From: Ignavibacteriota bacterium
GTDB taxonomy: Bacteria > Bacteroidota > Ignavibacteria > UBA10030 > CAVZMI01
Direction: 5' to 3'
DNA: 64,000 nt
Assembly: GCA_963835935.1 (NCBI GenBank)
Contig: CAWIHK010000005.1
Span: 186,467 to 250,466 of the forward strand
Shown here: piece by piece, positions 41,075-51,794 of the stretch
Layout: the number at the start of each line of letters is the position of its first letter
Position numbering within the stretch: the stretch's first letter is position 1
Program-made: the position numbers and the translations under genes
Notes under the pieces: model-generated
Database searches by the model: none
Told to the model about the DNA's origin: nothing
Seen by the model: only the letters and a program-made list of their open reading frames with translations

Positions 41075-42112
41075 ATGGATTTAATTGAATCTTCACCACA
41101 CCGACGATACAATCCTCTGACGGATCAATGGATTCTTGTTTCACCACAGCGAACCAAGAGGCCGTGGCAGGGAAAAATTGAAACACTCCCATCAACCCAA
41201 CGGCCGGAGTACGATCCGAATTGCTACCTTTGTCCGGGAAATTTAAGAGCGAATGGCGAAACAAACCCGCCGTATAAAGGAACCTACGTTTTCGATAACG
41301 ATTTTACTGCCCTTCTCCCTAAGAGCGAGCATAAATCTGAAACTAAGCATCTTCTTCTTCAGCAGGAATCGGTCGAAGGAATTTGCCGTGTTGTTTGTTT
41401 TTCACCTCGTCACGATCTGACATTACCGATGATGAGTTGTGAAGAAATACGCGGCGTAATCGATGCGTTGGCAAACGAAACCGCGGAGTTAGGGAAACGA
41501 TACCAGTGGGTTCAATTTTTCGAGAATAAAGGTGATATTATGGGATGTTCGAATCCACACCCGCATGGACAGATTTGGGCTGAGACAGCTCTTCCTACTG
41601 AGGCATTTAAAGAAAACGAAAGCCAATATAACTATTTTCGAAAAGAGAATAAGAATCTGCTTCTAGATTATATTGAGTTGGAGAAAAAGGAAAAAGTCCG
41701 GATTGTTCTGGATAATGAATACTGGATGGTGGTGGTACCGTTCTGGGCAATCTGGCCGTTTGAAACTCTACTCGTTCCAAAACAACATGTATTACGTCTG
41801 CCGGATTTATCTGACAAACAAAGAAACGGACTTTCAGAAATTCTAAAACGTTTGGCAGTTCGGTACGATAATCTTTTTCAAATATCCTTCCCCTACACAA
41901 TGGGATGGCACGGAGCTCCGTTCGGAGCAAGCGACTTTACTCACTGGCAATTGCATGCTCATTTTTATCCGCCATTGCTGCGATCTGCGACTGTAAGAAA
42001 ATTTATGGTAGGATATGAAATGCTTGCAGAGCCGCAGCGCGACATCACAGCCGAGCAGGCGGCGGAGCGTTTGAAGTCGATATCGGACGTGCATTATTTA
42101 TTGAATCAATAG
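41075..42112 (+). CDS. galT: Galactose-1-phosphate uridylyltransferase
   Basis: HRRYNPL, CYLCPGN, GCSNPHPHGQ, KFMVGYE motifs. Confidence 0.96.
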   Translation: MDLIESSPHRRYNPLTDQWILVSPQRTKRPWQGKIETLPSTQRPEYDPNCYLCPGNLRANGETNPPYKGTYVFDNDFTALLPKSEHKSETKHLLLQQESVEGICRVVCFSPRHDLTLPMMSCEEIRGVIDALANETAELGKRYQWVQFFENKGDIMGCSNPHPHGQIWAETALPTEAFKENESQYNYFRKENKNLLLDYIELEKKEKVRIVLDNEYWMVVVPFWAIWPFETLLVPKQHVLRLPDLSDKQRNGLSEILKRLAVRYDNLFQISFPYTMGWHGAPFGASDFTHWQLHAHFYPPLLRSATVRKFMVGYEMLAEPQRDITAEQAAERLKSISDVHYLLNQ

Positions 42113-42116
42113 CAAG

Positions 42117-43310
42117 CTATTGCTTCTTGTTCCCGTTTTGTTGCTCCCGGAGTTTTGCCACAAGGTCCGACATGATTACTGTTCGATACATATCAGGTAA
42201 ATCATCTTCGAATAATATTTTTGGCTTTTTCCGAAATTCGACAAAATCATTTTCACTCGGGTGACCTTTGTACGGGACATAAAAATGCTTTTTATGCGCA
42301 TTTCGCCAAAGCATCACATAAGCAATATTTATGCTGTCGCTGTCGAGCGTTTTGTAAAGTTTTTTCGTCCACCACGTTGAATCGGGGACAAGTTCCAATC
42401 CGGTTTCAGTCAGTGCAGCGATTTTTTGTTTCTGTTTCGCCACAGCAGAAATAATTTTTAACTTTCTCTGAACAGCATTCGAGGTGTCCTTTCCCGGCGT
42501 GAAATCGTAATAATCATCCATGCCCACAACATCGACGTACTCATCTCCGGGATATTGTTCGAGATATTCATCTTCGGTATTGAATCGACAGTCGCTGGAA
42601 AAAGCATAAATGAAATTTTGGATCTTCTTGTAGTCCCTCAAATATTCCACAGTAGTTTGCCAGAGTTTTATAAATTCCTGTTTAGTACAGAACTTCTTCC
42701 CCCACCAAAACCAATCGCCGTCGAATTCGTGAAATGGCCTGAAAATTATCGGAATCGGTTTTCCGTCGTCATCTACCAGTTGTTTATTGTACTCTGAAAG
42801 AGTATCGAGTATTCGTAAATACCTTAGAAAATATTTTCCGCCGGGAATAATATGTTTTACTGCAATTGTTGTGTCATAATAAATGCTATCGGTCACCGGG
42901 TTGCGCATGTGATACGAAAAAGTATTGATGCCTCCTCGTGAATAAGCTTCTTTCACAAGACGCGGAACACGATCGAGCATCTTCGCCGTGTCGGCCTTCG
43001 GAATCACTTCAAAATCCCATCCGTAAAGTCCGGGAAATGAACCGGTCACATCACGGACATCCGATCGAAGTGTATCTCCCCTCCACAACACCCCATACTG
43101 TGAAGAATTATGATGACCGAAAATTATTTTATACTGCGAGATCGCTTTTAGGTTATGATACAGCACAACCGTCTCCTTAGATGCGAGACTATCTACTAAT
43201 TTCACGCCGAGTTCACGCTGAAACATCACACTATTATAGGATACGCATGATGAAAGAATAAATGCCAGAATCATCAAGGGCAACGATATAAATAGAATTC
43301 TTTTTTCCAT
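42117..43310 (-). CDS. GH26 beta-mannanase, lipoprotein
   Basis: Lipobox LSSC; FRPFHE, GMDDY, LTETG, LWRN. Confidence 0.92.
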   Translation of the reverse strand: MEKRILFISLPLMILAFILSSCVSYNSVMFQRELGVKLVDSLASKETVVLYHNLKAISQYKIIFGHHNSSQYGVLWRGDTLRSDVRDVTGSFPGLYGWDFEVIPKADTAKMLDRVPRLVKEAYSRGGINTFSYHMRNPVTDSIYYDTTIAVKHIIPGGKYFLRYLRILDTLSEYNKQLVDDDGKPIPIIFRPFHEFDGDWFWWGKKFCTKQEFIKLWQTTVEYLRDYKKIQNFIYAFSSDCRFNTEDEYLEQYPGDEYVDVVGMDDYYDFTPGKDTSNAVQRKLKIISAVAKQKQKIAALTETGLELVPDSTWWTKKLYKTLDSDSINIAYVMLWRNAHKKHFYVPYKGHPSENDFVEFRKKPKILFEDDLPDMYRTVIMSDLVAKLREQQNGNKKQ

Positions 43311-43321
43311 AGCTTCGAATA

Positions 43322-44677
43322 TTATTTTGAAATAGTTAATAATGAATCAACAATTCCCAACTTTTGCATTTTTAATGCATGATCGGTGATAATATTAATT
43401 GTCGACGCATCGCACATAAAAATTGAGTTGCGGCCTTGAGGTTCCTGCGGCGGGTCGCCTACAAAAGAATCGCCTGCCCGCCAAACTCCATCTGGATGTT
43501 GCGCTCGTCCTTCGCCGCCCCATGTCCAAAAATTCGATCCGGCCATTGGTGCGCCAGCCCGGGCTGAATCGTATAATGTACGAAACACTAGATTATAATA
43601 ATGGTCGCGTGCAGTTGTTGGTGTGCCGGGGGAAATCACCCCGCTGTCCCTTCCAATTCCAAATTCCTCCATTACAACCGGTTTGTTCAACAACCGGGCA
43701 TAACCTAGATGCTGATTGATATAATTAAGCGCTTTTTTTTCGGTTGATGGCAGTGTTTCCGAAATTCTTTTTGGGTTGAACCACCCCCAGTTTAACGGCC
43801 ACAGATGAATTGTAACATAATCTATGTATCGTGATTTGTGAGATTGAAGATAGATTTCAGGAGATTGGAGAGATCCTGCCAGCCCTTCGTTTCCGGTTGT
43901 TACGAGATGATTCGCGTCGAGAGAATGAATGTATTCGGCGGTATTATCTATCCAACGATAATAATCATTCAAATTATGTTTGTCCCGATCAAAACGAGGG
44001 GCAGGACGCGGTTCATTCGCCAGTTCCCATGCCATGATCGTCGGATCGTCTGAATAATTTCTGCCATTGATCGTGTTCTTGCGTGAAATAATCCGTTTCA
44101 CATAATCGTTGTATAATTGAATCGCATCTGGCATGGAATAAAATTTCGCCGAGAACTCCATAAAATTACCGTATCCTTTTGATGGATCTTCAGGATCTGC
44201 TCCTTCCGATTTTGTCACCCATGCAATGTATTGCGCCATACCGCCTGACCATTCCCAATAATTATTCAAATAAATCACGGCATTCATGTGGCGCTTAGCC
44301 ATTTCTGATAGGAGAAAATCCAATCCGATCAACAACGAATCATTGACTACGCCCGGAGATTTTTGAATTGCAGGTTTGATCGATCTGCGAATATACGATT
44401 CCTCCGACGCGCCAAGAATTCGCAGATTGGTGATATGATGTGCTTGCAACGAATCGAGTTCCCGCAACAATCGCGATCTGTCGCCGGTAAAACCGGTTGA
44501 TCCGAGATAACAGCCATACCATATATTTGTTCCGGCATAATAATACGGTTTTCCGTCATGAATAAAATGCATTCCGTGTACACGAATGAAATCTTCACGT
44601 TCGTATGTAGAAGGAAGAAATGAACAAGATGAAAAAACCAACGAAGTCAGAATTATTAAAGAAATGTATTTATTCAT
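43322..44677 (-). CDS. GH5 (subfamily 7-like) beta-mannanase, lipoprotein
   Basis: Lipobox FSSC; NYWEWSGG, WELANEPR, MEEFG; no CTD. Confidence 0.92.
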   Translation of the reverse strand: MNKYISLIILTSLVFSSCSFLPSTYEREDFIRVHGMHFIHDGKPYYYAGTNIWYGCYLGSTGFTGDRSRLLRELDSLQAHHITNLRILGASEESYIRRSIKPAIQKSPGVVNDSLLIGLDFLLSEMAKRHMNAVIYLNNYWEWSGGMAQYIAWVTKSEGADPEDPSKGYGNFMEFSAKFYSMPDAIQLYNDYVKRIISRKNTINGRNYSDDPTIMAWELANEPRPAPRFDRDKHNLNDYYRWIDNTAEYIHSLDANHLVTTGNEGLAGSLQSPEIYLQSHKSRYIDYVTIHLWPLNWGWFNPKRISETLPSTEKKALNYINQHLGYARLLNKPVVMEEFGIGRDSGVISPGTPTTARDHYYNLVFRTLYDSARAGAPMAGSNFWTWGGEGRAQHPDGVWRAGDSFVGDPPQEPQGRNSIFMCDASTINIITDHALKMQKLGIVDSLLTISK

Positions 44678-44962
44678 CTCGAATTATCTTCATAAAGAAT
44701 TTAAAATAATCTTATTTCATACTCGATCAAATGATTTGGGACACAATTACTCTTCACACGCATTCGACTTCTCTTGATACTTTTCATTCAAGATGAATGA
44801 CTATTATGGGGAGGAATAAAACTTCTAACGATGTATTTCCATTCCCACACTCTCTTCGAAGATACTATCTGAACGATTTAATTTCAAGAGGGAAACGAAA
44901 TATATTCAAGCGACTATTGCTGGATCGAAAATACTTAACAATTCTATTTGGTTGGACACATG

Positions 44963-47886
44963 TTATGAACTTTTCAAAATATTATCTATGGTCGTCAGCA
45001 TCTGTTCCGCGTTGAATGGTTTCGCCAAAAATCCATCAACAATCTCCCTCCATTCTTCCTGCTGGTTTCCTTTGAGTACCACTCCCGACATTGCCAGAAT
45101 TTTAACCGTGGATGATATTTTTTTCAATCCAGCCATCGTCGCTGCTCCATCGAGAACAGGCATCATAAGATCGCATATTACGAGGCGGATTCTTGATGCG
45201 TTATCCAAAAATTTTGTAAATCCATCCGCACCGTCGACAGCTTCCAGCGTCTCATATCCGTGCATTTCGAGCACTCGTTTCGCCATATCACGGATTGAAA
45301 CTTCATCATCGATGATGAGGATCAACTCGCCGTCACCTCGTGGAAGATCGCCTTTCCGTTGTTCTGCTTTCTTAACAACGCTTCCGGGAGATGATGGGAA
45401 ATAGAGAGAAAAAGTGGTTCCCTTTTCTAATTCTGTGTCAACTTTTATAAATCCACCATGGCTCGTAAGAATCGTATGCACGGAAAGCAATCCTAATCCT
45501 GTTCCTTTTCCTCTCTCTTTGGTTGTAAAGAAAGGATTAAAAATATTTTCGAGATATTCGACCGGTATTCCAGGTCCATCATCCGACACTCGAACCACAA
45601 CAAACGGCCCCGGCTTAACATTTGGATAAAGGCGCACATCATTCTCTTCTAAAAAAATATTTTCCGCCTGAAGTTCGAGCGTTCCCTCCTCCTGCATGGC
45701 ATCGCGAGCATTTACACATAGATTCATTATCGCCTGATGGAATTGAGTAATATTACATGGAATAGGTGATAAATCGTGTGCGATATTACTTTTAAGAACG
45801 ATTGATTTTGGAAACGTCTCGTTAATAATTTGTTGAACCTCTTTCAGCAGATACCTCGGCTGGGTTAGTATAAAGTTTTTTTCCGATCCGCGTGCAAACG
45901 AAAGTATCTGACGCACAATATCCGCTCCACGCATAGCAGCCGCTTCTATAGTGCTTAGTATCCCCAGATTCTCAGCATCGATCAACCGCCGCTGCAACAG
46001 TTGAATGCTCATCATAATTGGAGACAGAACATTATTGAGATCATGCGCAATACCCCCCGCTAAAAGTCCGATGCTTTCTAAACGTTGTGTTCTCAATATC
46101 TGTGTTTCCATCTGCTGCCGCTCGGATATATCTTCAAGAATACCGAATATCCGATAAATCTCCCCTTCCGCATTTCGAGCGATGTACGATTTACTTGACA
46201 TCCAGCGTACTGTTCCGTCACTGCTGATAATACGAAAATCCTCATCGAATACTTCACCGTTACGTTGCGCTTCAAACGCCTTTTGCATGCGCTCGTAGTC
46301 ATCCGGGTGAATGGAATCGATGAAGAAATATTCCATCTGGTAGATTCCTTCACTGGAATGACCCCAGATATCTTCATAAGTGGGACTGATATAGAGAAGC
46401 CGTCCGGTTTTATAATCCTGTATCCAGAATACCTCGTGTACGGTCTCGGCCAATTCACGAAACATCTCCTGCCGTTCGAGGAGTGATTCTTCGATCTTCT
46501 TTCGTTCGGTGATGTCCTCAAAGATCGCCACGATTTCGCCTGAAGGGAGTTTGTAGACATAGTTCTCATACCAACCCGTCAGGCGCTCATCCTGATACAA
46601 AGTAACCGGGTGGTAGGCAGGTTCGCCGGTCCGCCACACCTTCCGAAATACATCAATCAGCCCAAATTGCTCCACACCGGGCCGCACTTCAAAAATACTT
46701 TTTCCAATCAGCCGTTCCCGTTGATCGTGATCAATTTTTTCGCCTGCGCGGTTGAAGTCTTTGAAGATGAAGTCCTTGCCGTTATCTATGACTTCATAAA
46801 CCGCGACACCGTTGTTAATGCCGTCGAACAAGGTGCGGTATCGCGCTTCGCTTTCACTCAAGGCTATTTCTACCTGTTTACGGTTGGTTATATCAGAAAA
46901 AGAAACCGAAAAAAACCTTTCTCTGTCGAGTAAGCATTACCTTCAAAATATTTTTGATTATGGGGTGAATACATTTCGTATCGTGTTGATTTCCCAGTCA
47001 ACGCAACCGGTCCGAATACTTCAACCCATTTTTGCAATTCTCCCTTTGGGAGAATTTCGCTGACCTTCTTGCCTACAACATTCTCTGCCTTCACATTTAA
47101 ATAATATTCGTAGGCAGAATTCACTTCCAGAGTGATATAATCGATTGGAACGCCATCATCATTGCAAATGATTTTATGAATTGCGAATCCATTCTCCATC
47201 TTTGAAAATAATGTCCGGTATTTATTTTCACTTTCCTGGAGTACTTCTTCACTCTTCTTTCTATTTTCAATTTCTTCTTTCAGATACTCCGTCAGATGCT
47301 GCGCTGCATTATAATCTTTCCGCAATTTCTCGTTTGCGTTTTCGAGTTCAATTTTATTTCTCTGTTGTTTCTCGAGTTCCATTTTCATTTGCCGGGTTTG
47401 TTCAGCCAAAAGTGTTTCAAGCTGATCCTTTTCATGACGCTGTTGATTGATTTCGACGGAGTCGTGCTTTAGCCCGGTGAAGCCATACTTTAATGCGGCT
47501 TTTAACTTTGCCATGGCTCGAATTAGAGCAGTCAATTCTGTAGCGTCAATAGGTTTTTTAAGAAATGCCTCAGCTCCGGCTTTTAAAGCTTTTACGCGGG
47601 CAGTTCTGTTTGTTTTCTGTGTTATGAGGAAAATTACGGGAATGCTTTTGAGGTGTTCGTCAGCTTTTATCTGCCGGCAAAATTTGAAACTATCTATACC
47701 GGAAATTCGAATATCAAGAATTATGATATCAGGATCCTGTTCACGTGCGATATCAATACCGATTTTAGATGTCAAAGCCGAGAATACTATTGCTTTGGGA
47801 AAAACGTTCCGAATTGCTCCGTTCAATTTTTTCAAGTCAGTTTGATTCTCATCAACGACAAGAATTTTTAATAAATTTCTTCCCAT
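44963..47886 (-). pseudogene. REC-PAS-PAS-PAS-HisKA-HATPase-REC hybrid kinase split by 1-nt frameshift
   Basis: ORFs 46888-47886 and 44963-46861 fuse (KGFFSVSFSDITNRKQVEIALSESE) if A7 at 46909-46915 is A8; GGIAHDLNN, NARDAM, GTGLGL. Confidence 0.85.
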
Positions 47887-48201
47887 ACACTTGCCTCAAG
47901 TATGGTTGACAAGAGCAACCATACATCCATAGATCTCAACAATGGCCGTGGAAACCGACTTATTTGAAAAACCGTCAATAATTGACGGTATGACTTTCAT
48001 CGATTTTTAATATTGCATATAACAGAATATACCCTTGTTATTACGGAAACCTGAAAGTTGAATTCTACAAAAAACATGCTCCACCAATTATATATGAATC
48101 GCTTAGTTCCGCATTTTTGAGTTCTATTTGACAGGATAATCTTCCATATTTTTGCCGCAAATCCTGTTCATATGTATAATCGGCAGTAATCTTTATTAAC
48201 A

Positions 48202-49083
48202 TTACTCTTCTATCGTAACAGGGCAAAAATCGTTTGTTGTTGGATCGGAAGAAATGCTACACGGAATTTGTTTAATGGTGACTGGCTCTCCTTTTACAAA
48301 AAATGCCTGAAATATCATAGTCTTTTTATAGCGCGGATTCGTATTTCCTCCAAAGACAAAATTACCTAGACTGTAAGCGATATACTTCCCTTTATATGTC
48401 TCGACCGGCTGTAAGACGTGTGGATGATGCCCGACAACCAGATCGGCGCCGGCATCGATTAGTTCATGAGCCATCATCTTCTGCTGCGCGTTTGGTTTGT
48501 ATTCTTTTTCTTTTCCCCAGTGCATGACGACGATAATAAAATCTACCGAATCACGAATCTCTTTAATATAGGAGAGCATATCTTCATTCACATGAAAACA
48601 ATTGCCTATGAACGCAAACCGTAGGCCTTTGATATTCTTTATCAGATATTTATCATATCCGAAATAATCGATTTTATACTTATCTAAATTCATTCTTGTC
48701 TTCGCAAATCCGTCATTTCCATAATCGTGCGAGTGATTATTGGCAATCGTCACACACTCGACGCTTCCTTCTTTTAGGATATTTAGATATTCCGGTTTAC
48801 CTCGGAAGCGAAATTGTTTTTCGACCGGCCGTCCGGCATCGATGATTGCAGTTTCGAGGTTTGCGACTGTGTAATCATCAGCCGCAAGTATATTTTTTAC
48901 TTTGGAGAAGAAATAGGAATATCCATATTTCGCAACGTACTCATCGAACACCGTTGATCTCATATCGTTACCGATGGTACAGTCGCCGAGAAAGCTGATG
49001 GTGACCTGAGGAAAAAGGGGTGCAGTGAAAAATATTAGAGTGATGAAAATTATTTTTATATGAATATGGATAAATGGTTTCAT
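48202..49083 (-). CDS. CapA-family metallophosphatase-like protein
   Basis: GDC, NLET, ANNHSHDYG, HWGKE, GHHPH, YSLGNF motifs. Confidence 0.92.
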   Translation of the reverse strand: MKPFIHIHIKIIFITLIFFTAPLFPQVTISFLGDCTIGNDMRSTVFDEYVAKYGYSYFFSKVKNILAADDYTVANLETAIIDAGRPVEKQFRFRGKPEYLNILKEGSVECVTIANNHSHDYGNDGFAKTRMNLDKYKIDYFGYDKYLIKNIKGLRFAFIGNCFHVNEDMLSYIKEIRDSVDFIIVVMHWGKEKEYKPNAQQKMMAHELIDAGADLVVGHHPHVLQPVETYKGKYIAYSLGNFVFGGNTNPRYKKTMIFQAFFVKGEPVTIKQIPCSISSDPTTNDFCPVTIEE

Positions 49084-49146
49084 TCTGATTGCTTTTAAGT
49101 GACAAAATCAAACGATAGAAACAACTATATCATTAATAATAATTTA

Positions 49147-50327
49147 TCAGTGCTGTCCAAAACCCGGGAATGCTAATTGGCCGTCACCAAGCAAATAAGG
49201 TGGACCTTCAAATGGATCATTGAGCCACAATCGAAGATCACGATACGAGAACAAGTTGAACCGCAGCAATGCAACCATAGTGGAGAATGACCAGCGACAA
49301 AATGCTGAGATCATCTTCATATATTTCAGAAGTAGTATCGCGATAAGCGCAGTCCAGATTTGAACCAATACAGCATTTTTGCTTGTTCCAACGAACGTCT
49401 TGATACGAAGATTCTGTTTGATTGTCTTGAAGAACGTTTCTATAGCCCATCGATCTTTATAAATCGATGCGATTGTCGAAGCTGCGAAATCCATATGATT
49501 TGTCACAAGAATGATTCTGCGTTGTTCTTTCTCATCATAGACCACGATTCGTCGAAGATGATGTGGGCAAGGCTTTGAAGCATAGAATCCTTTAAAGGTA
49601 ATCTCTTGATCGGCGATGATCGATGTGTTCTCCGGTAACGATCGATGATGCTTAACCTTATAATTTGTATTACATCGTAACCGTGTGACAAAGAAAACGC
49701 CATTCGTAATCCACTGTGTCAGAAGTGCGAAATCAGTATACCCGCGATCGTAGACTACAATGGATCCCGGATCGAACGAAAAATGGCCTAAAATATGCTT
49801 TTTCAAAGCATCCACCTCATGAATCGTGCCATCGGTAACATGAGCAAAACACGGCAAGTATCCGTCATGATCCAAGACCATGTGAAGGTTTACGGCTCCC
49901 TTTGTACGACGGAACTTTGCCCAGTCGAACATTGTCAGACATAAATCTATCACTGTTGCGTCAATGCTGAAGAGCTTGTTCTTAAATCGAAATTTGCGTT
50001 TCCCATTCCATGCTCCTTGAGCAATGGTCAGGAAGTCGAAAAATATCTGTTGATAGATCCGCCAGTCGCGGTGTTCGTTCGCATAGGCGAGCGTTGAATG
50101 GATCGGTACTTTTCGGACTCCCATAAGAGAAAGTTTTCCGAGACTACTTTTCAATCCAGTGCTGATCTCTCGTAATGATTTAGTCTGGACCAGTTGGCAA
50201 AATGATCGCATGTCGGAAATCCCTTAATGTATCGATCACCCTTATAACGGTGTACTGCTGCATGGAATTTATGTCGATCAATTAATTGTAGAATTTGTGC
50301 AAAAAGTGATGTACCTTTCGATTGAAT
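49147..50327 (-). pseudogene. IS4 DDE transposase, N-terminal frameshift
   Basis: IDAT, VYDRGY, RWAIETFFK motifs; N-terminal SLFAQILQ...GDRYIKGF is in a different frame from FCQL..SLRE (break ~50200). Confidence 0.8.
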
Positions 50328-50417
50328 TCAGACCTCCTTAAGTTTGTGACTTTTTGGTTTCGCAATCAAAAGATACTCACTTCTGGAGGTCTTTTCTATT
50401 TATTTTTGACAAGTCTG
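49148..50417 (-). mobile_element. IS4-family insertion sequence, 1270 bp, 9-bp target duplication
   Basis: Imperfect TIRs CAGTGCTGTCCAAAA / CAGACTTGTCAAAAA; ATAATTTAT at 49139-49147 and 50418-50426. Confidence 0.88.
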
Positions 50418-50701
50418 ATAATTTATATATTTTTTGTTGGTCCTAATGAGAATCATTGTACATTTGTTGCTGGATAATCAATAGCTACACAATCCAAGGA
50501 TTCAGTCAGTTTGTATATTTCACTAAATAATTTTACTTTATGGTAAATGAAAAACATTTGAATAACAATACATTGAAAGTTGTTCTGTAACATTTTACTG
50601 TATATAATTCCCATTTTATATGTTTTCAATTATACAATAAAATTAATCAAACACCAAATATTTTAGATCGAGATTAACTGCCTCCTGATTGTTGAATATC
50701 G

Positions 50702-51529
50702 TTGGAGAGAATGATAAAAAGGAACAAAATGAATAAAATAATGAGACATAACCTGATTCGGCTTTATACCATTTTAAAATTATTTGGATTTGACCCACTT
50801 GTATTGATTAATAATTTACGTGATTTGCCGTTTTATTTTTTTGACTACTCTAAAATCAAAAAACAAAAAGGGCATGATTCCAAATTTTATTTTGGGAATA
50901 ACTATCCAATACTTGGTGAACGGTTTTCTGAATCAGGCACTATGTCTGGTCATTATTTTCATCAAGATTTATTTATTGCAAGAAAAATATTTGTAAATAA
51001 CCCTAAACGACATCTTGACATTGGGTCAAGAACGGATGGATTTGTAGCTCACGTTGCTGTTTATAGAAAAATTGAGATAATCAATATCAGGAATCAAACA
51101 AGTAAGGTTACTAATATAATTTTTAGAAGAGCAGACTTAATGCAACTTCCTGATGATATGATCAACGCCTACGACTCAATTTCCTCGCTTCACGCAATCG
51201 AACATTTCGGATTGGGAAGATATGGCGATCCAATTGATTATAATGGCTATGAAAAAGCGATTATTAATATTACAAAAATATTACAAACTGGAGGAATATT
51301 TTATTTTTCGGTTCCGATTGGCCCTCAAAGAATTGAATTTAATGCTCACAGAGTGTTTTCTGTTCGGTTCTTACTCGATCTTTTTAAAAATTGTTTTACA
51401 TTGAATAGTTTTTCATTTGTCGATGACAATGGCGATTTGTTTGAAAACGTCGAATTAACTCAAATTGAAATTAACAGAAATTATGGATGTCACTACGGTT
51501 GTGGAATATTTGAATTAATCAAAAAATAA
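50702..51529 (+). CDS. DUF268-like SAM-dependent methyltransferase-fold protein
   Basis: HYFHQDL, HLDIGSR, SLHAIEHFGLGRYGDPID, FNAHRVF; start probably 50729. Confidence 0.8.
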   Translation: MERMIKRNKMNKIMRHNLIRLYTILKLFGFDPLVLINNLRDLPFYFFDYSKIKKQKGHDSKFYFGNNYPILGERFSESGTMSGHYFHQDLFIARKIFVNNPKRHLDIGSRTDGFVAHVAVYRKIEIINIRNQTSKVTNIIFRRADLMQLPDDMINAYDSISSLHAIEHFGLGRYGDPIDYNGYEKAIINITKILQTGGIFYFSVPIGPQRIEFNAHRVFSVRFLLDLFKNCFTLNSFSFVDDNGDLFENVELTQIEINRNYGCHYGCGIFELIKK

Positions 51530-51794
51530 TATGCTCAACAATGGTTCTATCATTATTTCAAGAATTCTGCCTGGCTTGAACTCTTCCGCTAAAGAATAAA
51601 ACTATCTCCACCATCATACGTTATATAGACTCGACCATTAGCTATATAGTTAGTTGATTTCTTGTGGCACAATCCGGTTTTATAAATTTCAACCAAGGAC
51701 GACCCAACCGTAAATCGTCATATTCTATAATAATAAAAATATAACCCAAATTAAAATCAATTTATTTATCATTTTATTATATCGTGATTGAAAA

